Virus record (IMG/VR): IMGVR_UViG_3300045988_055118
Location: 8,622 to 72,621 of that record
DNA: 64,000 bases
From: a virus
Reading direction: 5' to 3' (one strand)
The notes under the pieces are model-generated. The model had not been told where the DNA came from. It searched no databases and was given only the letters and a program-made list of their open reading frames with translations. Below, piece by piece: positions 39,856-49,490 of this stretch. Made by a program: the position numbers and the translations under genes. The first letter of the stretch is position 1; each line of letters begins with the position of its first letter.

Positions 39856-40107
39856 ACCTCCGCAACTAAACTCCTTTTGTGGCTCTGTTATTAGATTAAT
39901 TATTAACAATTTTAAACTTTAATGTTATGAAGAAAGTAATTAATGTTGTAAAGAAAGCTGCTAAATGGTATTTTGAACAGAGTTCTAAGAACTACACTTG
40001 GTTAGTGTCTGGAACAATACCTCCTCCATACAGAGGACAAGAGTAAAAATATCATTAAAAGGTAAGTACCAATGGGGTACTTACAGATGTCTGGGAGGAA
40101 ATAATAT

Positions 40108-40192
40108 GTATGGTTAGCCAAGTGGCCGACGGCAGCGGGCTGTTAACCCGTCGTGAGAAATCCCATCGCAGGTTCGAATCCTGCACCATACG
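40108..40192 (+). tRNA. tRNA with anticodon GTT (Asn) and unusually long variable region
   Basis: GTATGGT..ACCATAC perfect acceptor, anticodon stem GCGGG/CCCGT, loop CTGTTAA, T arm GCAGG-TTCGAAT-CCTGC; 16-nt variable segment. Confidence 0.5.
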
Positions 40193-40352
40193 CCTTTTTG
40201 CTGAACCCTCCTTAGTTTTTAACTAAGCAATAGTAATCCAGCAAACTCTAGACCGATGTGAGGAAGAGAGTCGTCTAGACGGTAGCTAGCACTGTAGTAC
40301 GCAATGGTGGAATAGAAACGGCTAGCATCCACCAACTTTTAATTAATTAGAT

Positions 40353-40718
40353 ATGATAGTACAACCTATTGGAAAGTTTAAACTTACTTATGCAAATGGT
40401 ATAAGTCAAGTTAAGCTGTTAATAACTCAGGAAGACTACAAGTCTATTGTCAAACCTATATTAGATAATATAGCTGAGTTAGAGGCACAGCGAAGTGGGA
40501 TTAATAAAAAGAGTAAAAGGTATAAGGAAATTTCGGAAAAACTTAGAGAACTGAAAAAACCTATATCGGAACTTGGAGAGTTTTTCACAAGCACGTCTCC
40601 TCTTGGATTAGCACTATGGAGTAGTCGCTTCCCAAACTTGATACTTCCGCCTCAACAAGGCGGTGGACATTTTGTTAGATTTGAAAAATTAGATTTGTAT
40701 GAAAATAAGGAAGGTTAA
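40353..40718 (+). CDS. hypothetical protein
   Basis: 121 aa. Confidence 0.45.
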   Translation: MIVQPIGKFKLTYANGISQVKLLITQEDYKSIVKPILDNIAELEAQRSGINKKSKRYKEISEKLRELKKPISELGEFFTSTSPLGLALWSSRFPNLILPPQQGGGHFVRFEKLDLYENKEG

Positions 40719-40955
40719 CTCCACTATCAAAAGACGAGTTCTTAGGGAAGTGTCTAGAGAGTGCAGAAAGAGGAATATGATGGACAAGAAAGGTGAAATT
40801 CCAAATGATATTAAAGACATATGGGAAGCGATTAAAGTATTAACAAAGAGAAATAAACAATTTGCTGTTAGATATGCATCAATGTGATTATTGTTGTTGG
40901 TATAATCCTGCCAGTGGGTGCTGTGATTGTCCATACGTAATGAGACGGAAAGCGT

Positions 40956-41153
40956 GTGAGAAGGCTCGTAAACAGAAAGAAGAAAATGAAAAGCCTAGAA
41001 AGTTATAGCATATTTACTAAGCCTAAACTATCTAATCCTGTATCATGGGAGGATATGAAAGAATTTAATACCCATATGAAGGAAGTAGTTAGAGACTATA
41101 AGATTAGGCAAGCTAAAGCTAGAGAAAGCGCTAAGAAAGTAATTATTAAGTAA
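40956..41153 (+). CDS. small basic protein
   Basis: 65 aa. Confidence 0.3.
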   Translation: MRRLVNRKKKMKSLESYSIFTKPKLSNPVSWEDMKEFNTHMKEVVRDYKIRQAKARESAKKVIIK

Positions 41154-41406
41154 ATACTAACCTGGCAAGGTAAAAATCCAGTCGGGGTCTGTTAGCATTT
41201 ATGCTAATAAGTCGAAGCCAGTCCCTGCGTAGTTATAATAGGCAAGCTGAACTTGAGAATTGTTAAACGGATGGTTGCCGTTAAAAGATATATAGTTACA
41301 AACTTATGTATCCAGAATATAACTAATTAAAGACTTATCTGGTGATGTTAGGTTATGGAATCCTAACAGTGGAAATTTATGAGTTATGTCACCAATTAAA
41401 AAGAAA

Positions 41407-41479
41407 ATCTCAAACATGGGCCGTTAGCTCAAATGGCTAGAGCGCTGGTTTTGCACACCGGAAGATAGGGTTCGAGTCC
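41407..41479 (+). tRNA. tRNA-Ala (anticodon TGC) with G3·U70; lower acceptor stem mispaired
   Basis: D GCTC/GAGC, anticodon stem CTGGT/ACCGG, loop TTTGCAC, T arm TAGGG-TTCGAGT-CCCTG. Only 4 of 7 acceptor pairs form. Confidence 0.5.
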
Positions 41480-41508
41480 CTGCGTGTCCACAACAAAATT
41501 AAATAATT

Positions 41509-41694
41509 ATGAAAGTATACGTAGTCGTAGTGAACCATCATCCAGCTAATGCGCCTCAGAACTATAAAACTGAGTGTCAGATATTTCTGGATAAAAAGGA
41601 AGCCGAAGGCTATAAGAAAGCCAAGGAAGAAGAATATCCCATACGTTGGGGAGGTGAATACAATCATTGTGAAATATTTAAAAAGCATTTGTAA
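41509..41694 (+). CDS. hypothetical protein
   Basis: 61 aa. Confidence 0.3.
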   Translation: MKVYVVVVNHHPANAPQNYKTECQIFLDKKEAEGYKKAKEEEYPIRWGGEYNHCEIFKKHL

Positions 41695-41698
41695 TATC

Positions 41699-41770
41699 GC
41701 GGGGTGTTAGCAGAGGTAGCTAGTCAGGCTCATAACCTGAAGGTCGAGGGTTCGAGTCCCTCTCCCGCTA
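41699..41770 (+). tRNA. tRNA with anticodon CAT (Met or Ile2-lysidine type)
   Basis: D TAGC/GCTA, anticodon arm TCAGG-CTCATAA-CCTGA, T arm GAGGG-TTCGAGT-CCCTC; acceptor register uncertain. Confidence 0.5.
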
Positions 41771-41803
41771 CTAGTAATTAATTAGATACTTAATTTTTAG
41801 ATT

Positions 41804-42229
41804 ATGAATTACAAAAATCTTACTAAAGAAACTCTCCCCGTAGAGTTTCAAAACAGAATCGAACGATTTAATCGTCTATTCTCAGCTGCAACCGACCATT
41901 CCTTTGAAGAGGATGACTTGTTTGAGTATGAAATGTTATGTATAAAGCAGGCTCTTTCATTCTCGGAATTTTTCCAAGATTTCGGTGATGAACAGTATCA
42001 AGACTTCTTGAAGCAATATGAGAGCTTATACGACTTAGTTGATGCTATTAAGGACAAACTTCAGTTCTTTGATAACGGACATACTGGAAACTCTATGAGC
42101 ATGAGTTGGCTTTTATTCAGAACTTATCGAGAAAGACCGGAATTAGTTCCGTATATGCACGGATGCTTGGCTCAGCTCGTTGGGGATGAAGGCTATTATG
42201 ATGACCGTTCAGATGTTCCAGAACTATGA
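41804..42229 (+). CDS. hypothetical acidic protein
   Basis: 141 aa. Confidence 0.45.
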   Translation: MNYKNLTKETLPVEFQNRIERFNRLFSAATDHSFEEDDLFEYEMLCIKQALSFSEFFQDFGDEQYQDFLKQYESLYDLVDAIKDKLQFFDNGHTGNSMSMSWLLFRTYRERPELVPYMHGCLAQLVGDEGYYDDRSDVPEL

Positions 42230-42522
42230 GCGTAATACAACAGGTCTACTTAGCTGAATCAGGCAGTTCTATTTACATAAAGGGGATTAAACCTGATAAA
42301 GAGAATGAATATTCTGGTGAGATTACTCTAAACGGTAATCCCACTAGATTAGAGAGAAAAGAACGTTACCATATAAGTAACGGTATGCTTGTTACAGATA
42401 GTTATCATATCCCTATGGAGTTCATTATTAGCTTCTTGCAGGCTAACGGATGTGTTCAAGAAGGAGAAGATGGCAAGTCGTATGTTGTTTTAAGAGAAGT
42501 AGAATTTAAATTGAATAACTAA
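42226..42522 (+). CDS. hypothetical protein
   Basis: 98 aa; ATGA overlap. Confidence 0.4.
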   Translation: MSVIQQVYLAESGSSIYIKGIKPDKENEYSGEITLNGNPTRLERKERYHISNGMLVTDSYHIPMEFIISFLQANGCVQEGEDGKSYVVLREVEFKLNN

Positions 42523-43103
42523 TGTTATCAGTATTATATAGCGAATATGAGCTGTGGGGTTGTCCTAATTGTGGGTGCGATTCCGTTATAAGTAGTGGAG
42601 TTTCTGGAGGAGGTCTAACATCTGGAACTTGTAGACATTGCAAGTTAAAATTTGAAGTTAGAAGCGAAAATCCAATGGGAATAGTCAAATATGGCTGCCA
42701 TCCAGAAAATCCCTCAGACCCGAAATCTAAATGGGTTATGGAAAGCGCAATCAGAATTGAACATCCTAGAAAAGGTATTCCTGCATGGAATTGGGAACCA
42801 GTTGACGAACGTCCAGAAGAAGGAGAATATTGGAACTCTCGTGGTCCTGGCTATCCAGATGTTTCTGGCTTTGTAAAGACCAAAGCTGCTGGTGAGCGTA
42901 TTCTAGCTATGGTGCATGAAGTGTTAGGAACTGACAAGTGTAAGACTTATCTAGATTTCAGACCAAGTGAACCAACGTGGATTCAATTCAAATTTCATAA
43001 AGACGAGTTTGATATAGAGAAACTAGATTCTCTTACTCGTGATAGTGGAATAATTACTAAAGACATAATCAAACAATGTATTTATGGCAAAAGTAGTAAA
43101 TAG
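42522..43103 (+). CDS. hypothetical protein with N-terminal CxxC...CxxC
   Basis: 193 aa; CPNCGC ... CRHC. Confidence 0.45.
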   Translation: MLSVLYSEYELWGCPNCGCDSVISSGVSGGGLTSGTCRHCKLKFEVRSENPMGIVKYGCHPENPSDPKSKWVMESAIRIEHPRKGIPAWNWEPVDERPEEGEYWNSRGPGYPDVSGFVKTKAAGERILAMVHEVLGTDKCKTYLDFRPSEPTWIQFKFHKDEFDIEKLDSLTRDSGIITKDIIKQCIYGKSSK

Positions 43104-43335
43104 GGCCTCTGATATAATCCAACTTAAAGACCTAAAGGATGGGGAATTTGCAGAAGTGATAGAATGGTTTGAGGATGGAACAGTATCTAACGGAGATATA
43201 ATTCAAAGATGTGGACTTGCACTATTTATATTAGGAAGTTGTTCTTACTATCCTGAGATATTTAGTAAGGGTGCTAGAGACTATACTAATACTAAGTTAC
43301 GGACACTACCTGAGGGTACAACTATAATGTTATAA
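43084..43335 (+). CDS. hypothetical protein
   Basis: 83 aa. Confidence 0.35.
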   Translation: MAKVVNRASDIIQLKDLKDGEFAEVIEWFEDGTVSNGDIIQRCGLALFILGSCSYYPEIFSKGARDYTNTKLRTLPEGTTIML

Positions 43336-43375
43336 TTTCTTTTTCCAGTTTTCTAATTAAAGATAAACTGGGTAT

Positions 43376-43936
43376 GGGCCTACTTGGATTTGACAGGCGA
43401 TTACAAATTATAAGGACGTGTAGAGCGCAATCTCTTTAAACGAAGGAAAATAATAAATGCTACTTATAGCGAAGTAAGAATGGCAGCCTAAGCTGCTGGC
43501 TTGTTGGTAGACACTATTAACTAAGTCGGGTTACGGGAGAGACCTAGAAACAGAAGAGGTTGAGTATATTGATATAATGGAGAGCTAGGCTCTAATCCTA
43601 GTAATATGCTCTTAATCAGAACACTCTAAGAGTTAGTAAGACTGAATCTCCTATGTCATAAAACAGATGGAAGATGTGTTCCGTGAGATGTGACGAATCT
43701 CTAAAGTATCATCCCGTTCTCCAACGTAAATGGAGTGGTGGAACGTTGACTTCGGTCAGCCCTATAGTTTGGTAGCTTGTAGATAAGCATCTAGAGAAAT
43801 ACTTAGTATGGACTCTTGTAAGACTTATAAAACTACCTAAATGCTAGAACTCCCTAGCTGATATAATAAAAATGAGACGCACGTTATCCTTGTAACGAGG
43901 GTTGTTTGGACACGGGTTCGACTCCCGTTAGGTCCA
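43376..43936 (+). ncRNA. ssrA: tmRNA (ssrA)-like RNA
   Basis: 5' end GGGCCTACTTGGATTTGACAGGCG matches the tmRNA 5' consensus (GGGG..UGGAUUCGACGGG). 3' end ACGGG-TTCGACT-CCCGT-TAGGTCC-A forms the T arm and an acceptor pairing with the 5' GGGCCTA. About 560 nt with no protein ORFs. Candidate tag ORF ...NATYSEVRMAA-TAA near 43447-43485. Confidence 0.6.
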
Positions 43937-43942
43937 CATAAT

Positions 43943-44016
43943 AGGGCTATAGCTCAACTGGTTAGAGCACCACACTGATAATGTGGAGGTTATCAGTTCA
44001 AGTCTGATTAGCCCTA
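43943..44016 (+). tRNA. tRNA-Ile (anticodon GAT)
   Basis: AGGGCTA..TAGCCCT, D GCTC/GAGC, anticodon stem CCACA/TGTGG, loop CTGATAA, T arm ATCAG-TTCAAGT-CTGAT. Confidence 0.75.
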
Positions 44017-44094
44017 CAAAACCGCCAGCTCACGCGGTATATAAGAAAGGATTGCCGGACTCGCAGGTGTAACGAGATAAATACCTGCATTTTC

Positions 44095-44165
44095 GAGGCT
44101 GTGGTGTAATGGCTTGCATATCACACTGTCACTGTGAAGGTTGGGGTTCGAATCCCCCAGTCTCG
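44095..44165 (+). tRNA. tRNA-Asp (anticodon GTC)
   Basis: GAGGCTG..CAGTCTC, anticodon stem TCACA/TGTGA, loop CTGTCAC. Confidence 0.65.
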
Positions 44166-44173
44166 GCATTTAT

Positions 44174-44246
44174 TCCCCTGTAGTTTAGTTGGTTAGAACA
44201 CGTGATTTGTAATCTCGAGACCTCGGTTCGAATCCGAGTGGGGGAT
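44174..44246 (+). tRNA. tRNA-Thr (anticodon TGT)
   Basis: TCCCCTG..TGGGGGA, D GTTT/GAAC, loop TTTGTAA, T arm CTCGG-TTCGAAT-CCGAG. Confidence 0.65.
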
Positions 44247-44273
44247 CTTAACCATTAAATCAGATTAATTTTT

Positions 44274-44948
44274 ATGACTAGATTAGAAAAGTATTTAGTA
44301 GCAACTGCTACTGAGATTATCGAAGCGGAAACAACTGTTTCTCGCTACTTTGTCATTGGAAACGTCAAAGTTAGAGTATCAGACCATTTAAGTAAAATGA
44401 GTGATGCAGACTTACAAGTGATTATTCCATTGAACGGAGGGACTAAGTATATAGTTACTGTTAAGGATAGTCCTGGAAAATTTCTTGTATGGAATGCAAC
44501 TCAAATAAAAGACTTTATTCCTTCATTGCAGATTATTAAGGGCTTGAAGGAAGGAGTACAACTTAAGCCAAAACCTAAAGACTCTGCAGTTCAGAAGATT
44601 CAGCTAGCATTAAATAATAGTAATACCGATGGAGGTTCGTTAACGTTCGATGGTACTATTATCGAGTCTAGATTGAAAGAAAAGCAACTTACCTCCAAAC
44701 AGCGGGAAGTTTTCAGGAGAACTAAATCTACTTGGGATATTTCTCAGATTGGAACATTACCCAGTATGATTAAAGTAGATTTGGGATTGTCAAATGGTTC
44801 TGTAAACGAAGATGTGCAGATATTTCTAACTTGTACATCTTTAACCTACAAAGAAATTCTGAACATTTATAAAATAATAGTTGTTGATAACCATATGGTT
44901 CCAACTATTAAACTGTTGCAAGAAGCTTATAGCTTAATTGTGCAGTAG
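44274..44948 (+). CDS. hypothetical protein
   Basis: 224 aa. Confidence 0.5.
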   Translation: MTRLEKYLVATATEIIEAETTVSRYFVIGNVKVRVSDHLSKMSDADLQVIIPLNGGTKYIVTVKDSPGKFLVWNATQIKDFIPSLQIIKGLKEGVQLKPKPKDSAVQKIQLALNNSNTDGGSLTFDGTIIESRLKEKQLTSKQREVFRRTKSTWDISQIGTLPSMIKVDLGLSNGSVNEDVQIFLTCTSLTYKEILNIYKIIVVDNHMVPTIKLLQEAYSLIVQ

Positions 44949-44951
44949 GAT

Positions 44952-45022
44952 AGCGCCATCATCTAATGGTTAGGATTCAGGCTTTTCACGCCTGCCATAC
45001 GGGTTCGAATCCCGTTGGCGTT
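44952..45022 (+). tRNA. tRNA-Glu (anticodon TTC)
   Basis: AGCGCCA..TGGCGTT, D ATCT/GGAT, anticodon stem CAGGC/GCCTG, loop TTTTCAC, T arm ACGGG-TTCGAAT-CCCGT. Confidence 0.65.
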
Positions 45023-45080
45023 ACTATGTACCCCAGCAGCGGAAGTTGTTGGGGTATTTTTTGTTTAATATAATTAATAA

Positions 45081-45401
45081 TTGATGAGAAAAACATTTGA
45101 GTTTGTAAAGGTTGGAGGAGTCTGGTTCTATTGGTGGCCAGATTATGACGGAACACCAGAGGAACTAGCAATGGTTGGTGGTGCAGATGAACTTCTTGAT
45201 TCTCTAGATAATAAGTTTGTTAGATTGCAGATGGTTGACCCAGCTGCAGCTAAGATAACGTTGTCTAAAATTGAGGAGGATGAATGTGGAGCAACTTACT
45301 TATGCAAAAGTAAGAATTACAATGACAGGGTATGGATTTGTGCTGTAACTCTATCAGTATTCGGGGAATATCCTCAAAATATTTACCTAAAAGATATGTA
45401 A
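45081..45401 (+). CDS. hypothetical protein
   Basis: 106 aa. Confidence 0.45.
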   Translation: MMRKTFEFVKVGGVWFYWWPDYDGTPEELAMVGGADELLDSLDNKFVRLQMVDPAAAKITLSKIEEDECGATYLCKSKNYNDRVWICAVTLSVFGEYPQNIYLKDM

Positions 45402-45404
45402 AAA

Positions 45405-45830
45405 ATGAAAACGTTAAATGAGATTTTAGACAATTACAAAGACTATGCCGTAGTTCTCGATGACCGTTTCGGTTCTAGATTAGCAAAGTTTTTAACAGAA
45501 GAGCAGTTAGAAAAAATAGGCTTCAAGTACGATGGTGATGAGCCTTATCCAGAGCCTAAGGAATGGACTAGAGAGAATATCCTAGAGCAACTTAAGTCTG
45601 ACGTGGAGTTTGGTTTTGAGAAGGCTCTAGACCAGAGAGGCATTTCAGCTAGCCTAATGTTCTACGTGGTACTAAGGTGGAATCAAGTTCTAGAAGAGGG
45701 CTTAGAGAATTATCCTGAAGAGAATTATGCTATGTATGGGTTGCCTTTGTTTAAGGCTACTGCTGTAAAGTATGGATGGGAGAATCCTATAGGCGACGAT
45801 AATGGGGACGAAGAGTTCTACAATGAGTAG
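45405..45830 (+). CDS. hypothetical acidic protein
   Basis: 141 aa. Confidence 0.45.
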   Translation: MKTLNEILDNYKDYAVVLDDRFGSRLAKFLTEEQLEKIGFKYDGDEPYPEPKEWTRENILEQLKSDVEFGFEKALDQRGISASLMFYVVLRWNQVLEEGLENYPEENYAMYGLPLFKATAVKYGWENPIGDDNGDEEFYNE

Positions 45831-46026
45831 CGCTATGAAGGAATCTTCTATACTTAAAGCAATTTCTGACGCTATTGAAGAATACGAGGAAAATCAACAA
45901 AGACGAATAGACCTGTTAGAGAGTAAAATTCTGCTATTTGAGAGAGAAAGGGAAGCTTTTATTCGGCATTTGAGAGAAGGAAACATTCAATTATTAAAGG
46001 ATTATCTAGGAATTAAAGATGAGTAA
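45802..46026 (+). CDS. hypothetical protein
   Basis: 74 aa. Confidence 0.35.
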   Translation: MGTKSSTMSSAMKESSILKAISDAIEEYEENQQRRIDLLESKILLFEREREAFIRHLREGNIQLLKDYLGIKDE

Positions 46027-46342
46027 GTACTATTTAATTAAGGAATGTAATAATATTCCTTTTATCTTAGGACAGTTCGATAGTATTGAAGAGGCTGAGG
46101 CCGCTCTTCCTTCTACAAATAAGAAGGGAGCTAAGCACTTTGTCGTTTGTTCTACAGAGCAATTAAAGTCAGCAAGGGCGGCTATATCCTACTTACAAGA
46201 AGAACTTAGAAAGAGTCGAGAGGAGGTACGGCAATGGAGGGATTTAGAACTTAAAACAAGGCTAGATTTCTCAAACCAAATCTGTGAATTATCGAAGATA
46301 GCTAATCTAACTGTAGAGGACCTAACTAAAGTATTGTTATGA
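46019..46342 (+). CDS. hypothetical protein
   Basis: 107 aa. Confidence 0.4.
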   Translation: MSKYYLIKECNNIPFILGQFDSIEEAEAALPSTNKKGAKHFVVCSTEQLKSARAAISYLQEELRKSREEVRQWRDLELKTRLDFSNQICELSKIANLTVEDLTKVLL

Positions 46343-46641
46343 TAGTAAGTTCTCCTTTTGATAAAGATTTGCTTGGACATGAGATAAGGGGTGTAAATAC
46401 ATCTTACTACGGACTTTCTGCATTGCAGGCTGTAATAAATCATGACGGAATCCGTCAAGATATCGCAAAATATATGTATAGAGACTGCATTGTAGATGGA
46501 GGACGAAAAGGAGTAATCATAGGATTTGAGGATAATAATCAATTCTTTGATTACTACTATATAGTCTATGTACCAGAGCTAAATACTACTGTATATCAAT
46601 TAGCTAATGATGCGAGATTTATTAATTCAATTGAGATATGA
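46339..46641 (+). CDS. hypothetical protein
   Basis: 100 aa; ATGA overlaps. Confidence 0.4.
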   Translation: MIVSSPFDKDLLGHEIRGVNTSYYGLSALQAVINHDGIRQDIAKYMYRDCIVDGGRKGVIIGFEDNNQFFDYYYIVYVPELNTTVYQLANDARFINSIEI

Positions 46642-47132
46642 AAAAGAAAATTTTAATTATCCTCATGATTAGTATTGTATTCGGATTTGCAACTGGTTAT
46701 TCTTTGCATCATCTGATACATTTCAATCAGAAACAGGAGGAAATGGTATTGCTGCCAGAGCATCCATTCTACTTATTGGATGAAGTAAACGAAGAAGTAT
46801 TGTACAATACTTTGAAGCATTACGATTTTCCAAATCCAGCAATTATAACAGCTCAGGCTGTTCTGGAATCTGGCAATTTTAAATCGAAACTTTGTAAGGA
46901 CAATAACAATCTGTTCGGATTGTATAATTCCAGAACAATGTCTTACTTCAAGTTCGATAGTTGGATAAGCTGCGTGTTCGCTTATAAGCAATTTATCCTT
47001 AGTAAGTATAACCCAGAAGAGGATTATTACAAATTCCTAGACAGAATTGGCTACGCTGAGGATTCCTTGTATGAAAGTAAAGTTAAGGAATTGGAATTAG
47101 ATATACTTAATAAATATGGAAGCTCAAATTGA
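46638..47132 (+). CDS. membrane-anchored peptidoglycan hydrolase, glucosaminidase (GH73/FlgJ-type) domain
   Basis: N-terminal TM helix (ILIILMISIVFGFATGY), then AQAVLESGNFKS ... NNLFGLYN (FlgJ/LytD glucosaminidase signature). Confidence 0.55.
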   Translation: MKKKILIILMISIVFGFATGYSLHHLIHFNQKQEEMVLLPEHPFYLLDEVNEEVLYNTLKHYDFPNPAIITAQAVLESGNFKSKLCKDNNNLFGLYNSRTMSYFKFDSWISCVFAYKQFILSKYNPEEDYYKFLDRIGYAEDSLYESKVKELELDILNKYGSSN

Positions 47133-47382
47133 AGAAGCTATCAAATTTAGAAAGAAAGCTAATTTCAAGATATTAACTAGATTAAGTCAAATCATTGACC
47201 AATATCCTTATCTAAGATTTCACCAAATTCTTATGATATATAAGGTTAGTGAACTGGGAGTGGATAAGTTCAATGAGGAGAGTGTAGAAACTTTGAAGAA
47301 GCTAGAGCATGAAATGGTGGAAAAAGGAATTAGTAAGATTACTAGTAATAGTTCTGATGGGAACAATACTATTAGTAACTAG
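47116..47382 (+). CDS. hypothetical protein
   Basis: 88 aa. Confidence 0.35.
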   Translation: MEAQIEEAIKFRKKANFKILTRLSQIIDQYPYLRFHQILMIYKVSELGVDKFNEESVETLKKLEHEMVEKGISKITSNSSDGNNTISN

Positions 47383-47463
47383 GGAAGTAACGGGTTTTGA
47401 GACCGCAGTTATGACTGGTCTAACTATTATATTATGCAATCAAATATTTAACGAATAAAGATT

Positions 47464-49488
47464 ATGAATTTTAAAGATTTTAAAGATTTCAAGAAAGATG
47501 TAGAGTCTGCTTTCAATGCTATGATTGCAGATAATTTATTTGTAGTTAATGTAGACAAAGACCTTTTGTGGATGAGTTATCTTCTCTCCTTTGAGGACGA
47601 AACAATTCGGCAAGATCACAATTGTAATGCTTGTAAGTCTTTCATACGTCACTATGGTAAGGTAGTCGCTATAGACCCTCAAACCTACAAGGTGAAAACC
47701 TTCTGGGATGATGTTCACACTCCTGGCTATGAAAAGACCGCATCTGATTTAGCTAAGCTCGTTAAGGAAGCTGGAATAGGAGATATATTCATTCAGGATG
47801 TTAATGAGTTTCACGGTTGTGACCATAATGTGCAACTTCTTCCTGATGGAACTACTAGAACTTGGACTCACTTGTACGTGACTATTCCTAACAAGTTTAA
47901 ATTCAACAAGAGAGTACATCATTTCGATTCTGCCGCAGGTTATCGCGGAGATGTTAGAGCTAGAGCTGGTGTCTTTGAACGCTCTCTTTCCGAGCTTAAA
48001 CTAAGTGCGGTAGAAACCGTAATTGAGTTGATAGAGGATAATAATCTCTATCGCGGAGAAGAGTTCCTAAAGACTCTGCAAGAGTTCAGAAGAACTATGC
48101 TTGAGGCCGATAATCTCTCACCAGAGGTTCGCACTAACTATTGTTGGTTTAACTTCAAATCTCCAATAGCTAAAATTAGAAATACGGCTATGGGAACTCT
48201 ACTGATTGACTTAAGTAATGGTGTAGACCTGGAAAGAGCTGTTAAGTCTTATGAGAACATTATGGCTCCATCTAACTATAAGAGACCTACTGCTCTTATT
48301 ACTAAGAAACAAATTGAGGCTGCTCAGAAGAAGGTTGAAGAACTTGGGTTAACTGATGCCCTTCCTCGCCGTCATGCTCGTGTAGAAGATATTTCTGTAA
48401 ACGACGTTCTGTTCGTAAATAGAGACACTCGTGCACGTATGAAAGGAGGTATATTTGACTCTTTAAAAGAGACCTCAACGGTTAATCCTAAAGAGTATAC
48501 CAAAGCTACTGAAATTTCAATTTCGGAGTTTGTAACTAATGTATTGCCACACTCTAAGGATGTGCAAATTCTTGTTGAGAATAAGCATATTCCTAATTTT
48601 GTTACCCTAACTGCTCCAGAGAACCCTGATGCAGGTCAGCTGTTCAAATGGAAGAATAACTTCGCTTGGGTGTATAATGGCTCTATGGCGGATTCATTCA
48701 AGGAGAAAGTAAAAGCAGCAGGTGGTAACGTAAATGGATTCCTAAGATGTTCTCTACACTGGTTTAACTATGATGACCTTGACCTCCATGTAACAGAACC
48801 TGGTGGTAATGAAATCTATTACGGGTATAAGAGAGGATTAACTGGTGGTACACTAGATGTAGATATGAACGCTGGTTCTGGTAAAACCAGAGATGCAGTC
48901 GAGAATATTATCTGGACTGACCAATCTAAACTCAGAGCAGGTCAATATGTAGTGAGAGTGCATAACTTCTGCAAAAGAGAGCATATAGACTTTGGATTCG
49001 AGGTAGAAATCGAAATCAATGGAGAGCTTCATAAGTTCAACTATGATAAGATGGTGCCAGACAGAGAATATATTACGGTAGCAACTATCAAGGTAGATTC
49101 TATTGGTAATATAACCCTAAGTCCGGTAATTGCCGAAGGTGCAACCTCATATAAGTCTATGAACGAGTGGGGCATTGATACTATGCGTTTCCAAACTGTT
49201 TCTTGCATCATGTATTCTCCAAATTATTGGGAAGGTAATGAAATAGGAAACAAGCACCTATTCTTCATGATTGATGGATGTAAAAATCCTGACCCAGTTC
49301 GGGGATTCTTCAATGAATATCTGAGACCCGATCTCGAAAAAGATCATAAGAGAGTATTCGAAGCTATTGGCTCTAGAGCTAAAGCAGAATACAACGATAA
49401 CCAGTTGAGTGGACTAGGATTCTCTAGTACGTCTCACGACGAGGTTGTAGTTAAAGTTGATAATAAACCATTTAAAATTAAATTCTAA
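47464..49488 (+). CDS. large hypothetical protein (674 aa)
   Basis: Long intact ORF, TAA stop; no motif recognised. Confidence 0.55.
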   Translation: MNFKDFKDFKKDVESAFNAMIADNLFVVNVDKDLLWMSYLLSFEDETIRQDHNCNACKSFIRHYGKVVAIDPQTYKVKTFWDDVHTPGYEKTASDLAKLVKEAGIGDIFIQDVNEFHGCDHNVQLLPDGTTRTWTHLYVTIPNKFKFNKRVHHFDSAAGYRGDVRARAGVFERSLSELKLSAVETVIELIEDNNLYRGEEFLKTLQEFRRTMLEADNLSPEVRTNYCWFNFKSPIAKIRNTAMGTLLIDLSNGVDLERAVKSYENIMAPSNYKRPTALITKKQIEAAQKKVEELGLTDALPRRHARVEDISVNDVLFVNRDTRARMKGGIFDSLKETSTVNPKEYTKATEISISEFVTNVLPHSKDVQILVENKHIPNFVTLTAPENPDAGQLFKWKNNFAWVYNGSMADSFKEKVKAAGGNVNGFLRCSLHWFNYDDLDLHVTEPGGNEIYYGYKRGLTGGTLDVDMNAGSGKTRDAVENIIWTDQSKLRAGQYVVRVHNFCKREHIDFGFEVEIEINGELHKFNYDKMVPDREYITVATIKVDSIGNITLSPVIAEGATSYKSMNEWGIDTMRFQTVSCIMYSPNYWEGNEIGNKHLFFMIDGCKNPDPVRGFFNEYLRPDLEKDHKRVFEAIGSRAKAEYNDNQLSGLGFSSTSHDEVVVKVDNKPFKIKF

Positions 49489-49490
49489 TT

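Noticed and set aside
41437-41688. Minus-strand ORF over tRNA-Ala and a plus-strand gene
   Set aside because: Antisense to the tRNA and to ORF 41509..41694
44986-45171. Minus-strand ORF over tRNA-Glu
   Set aside because: Overlaps the tRNA and the start of a plus-strand gene
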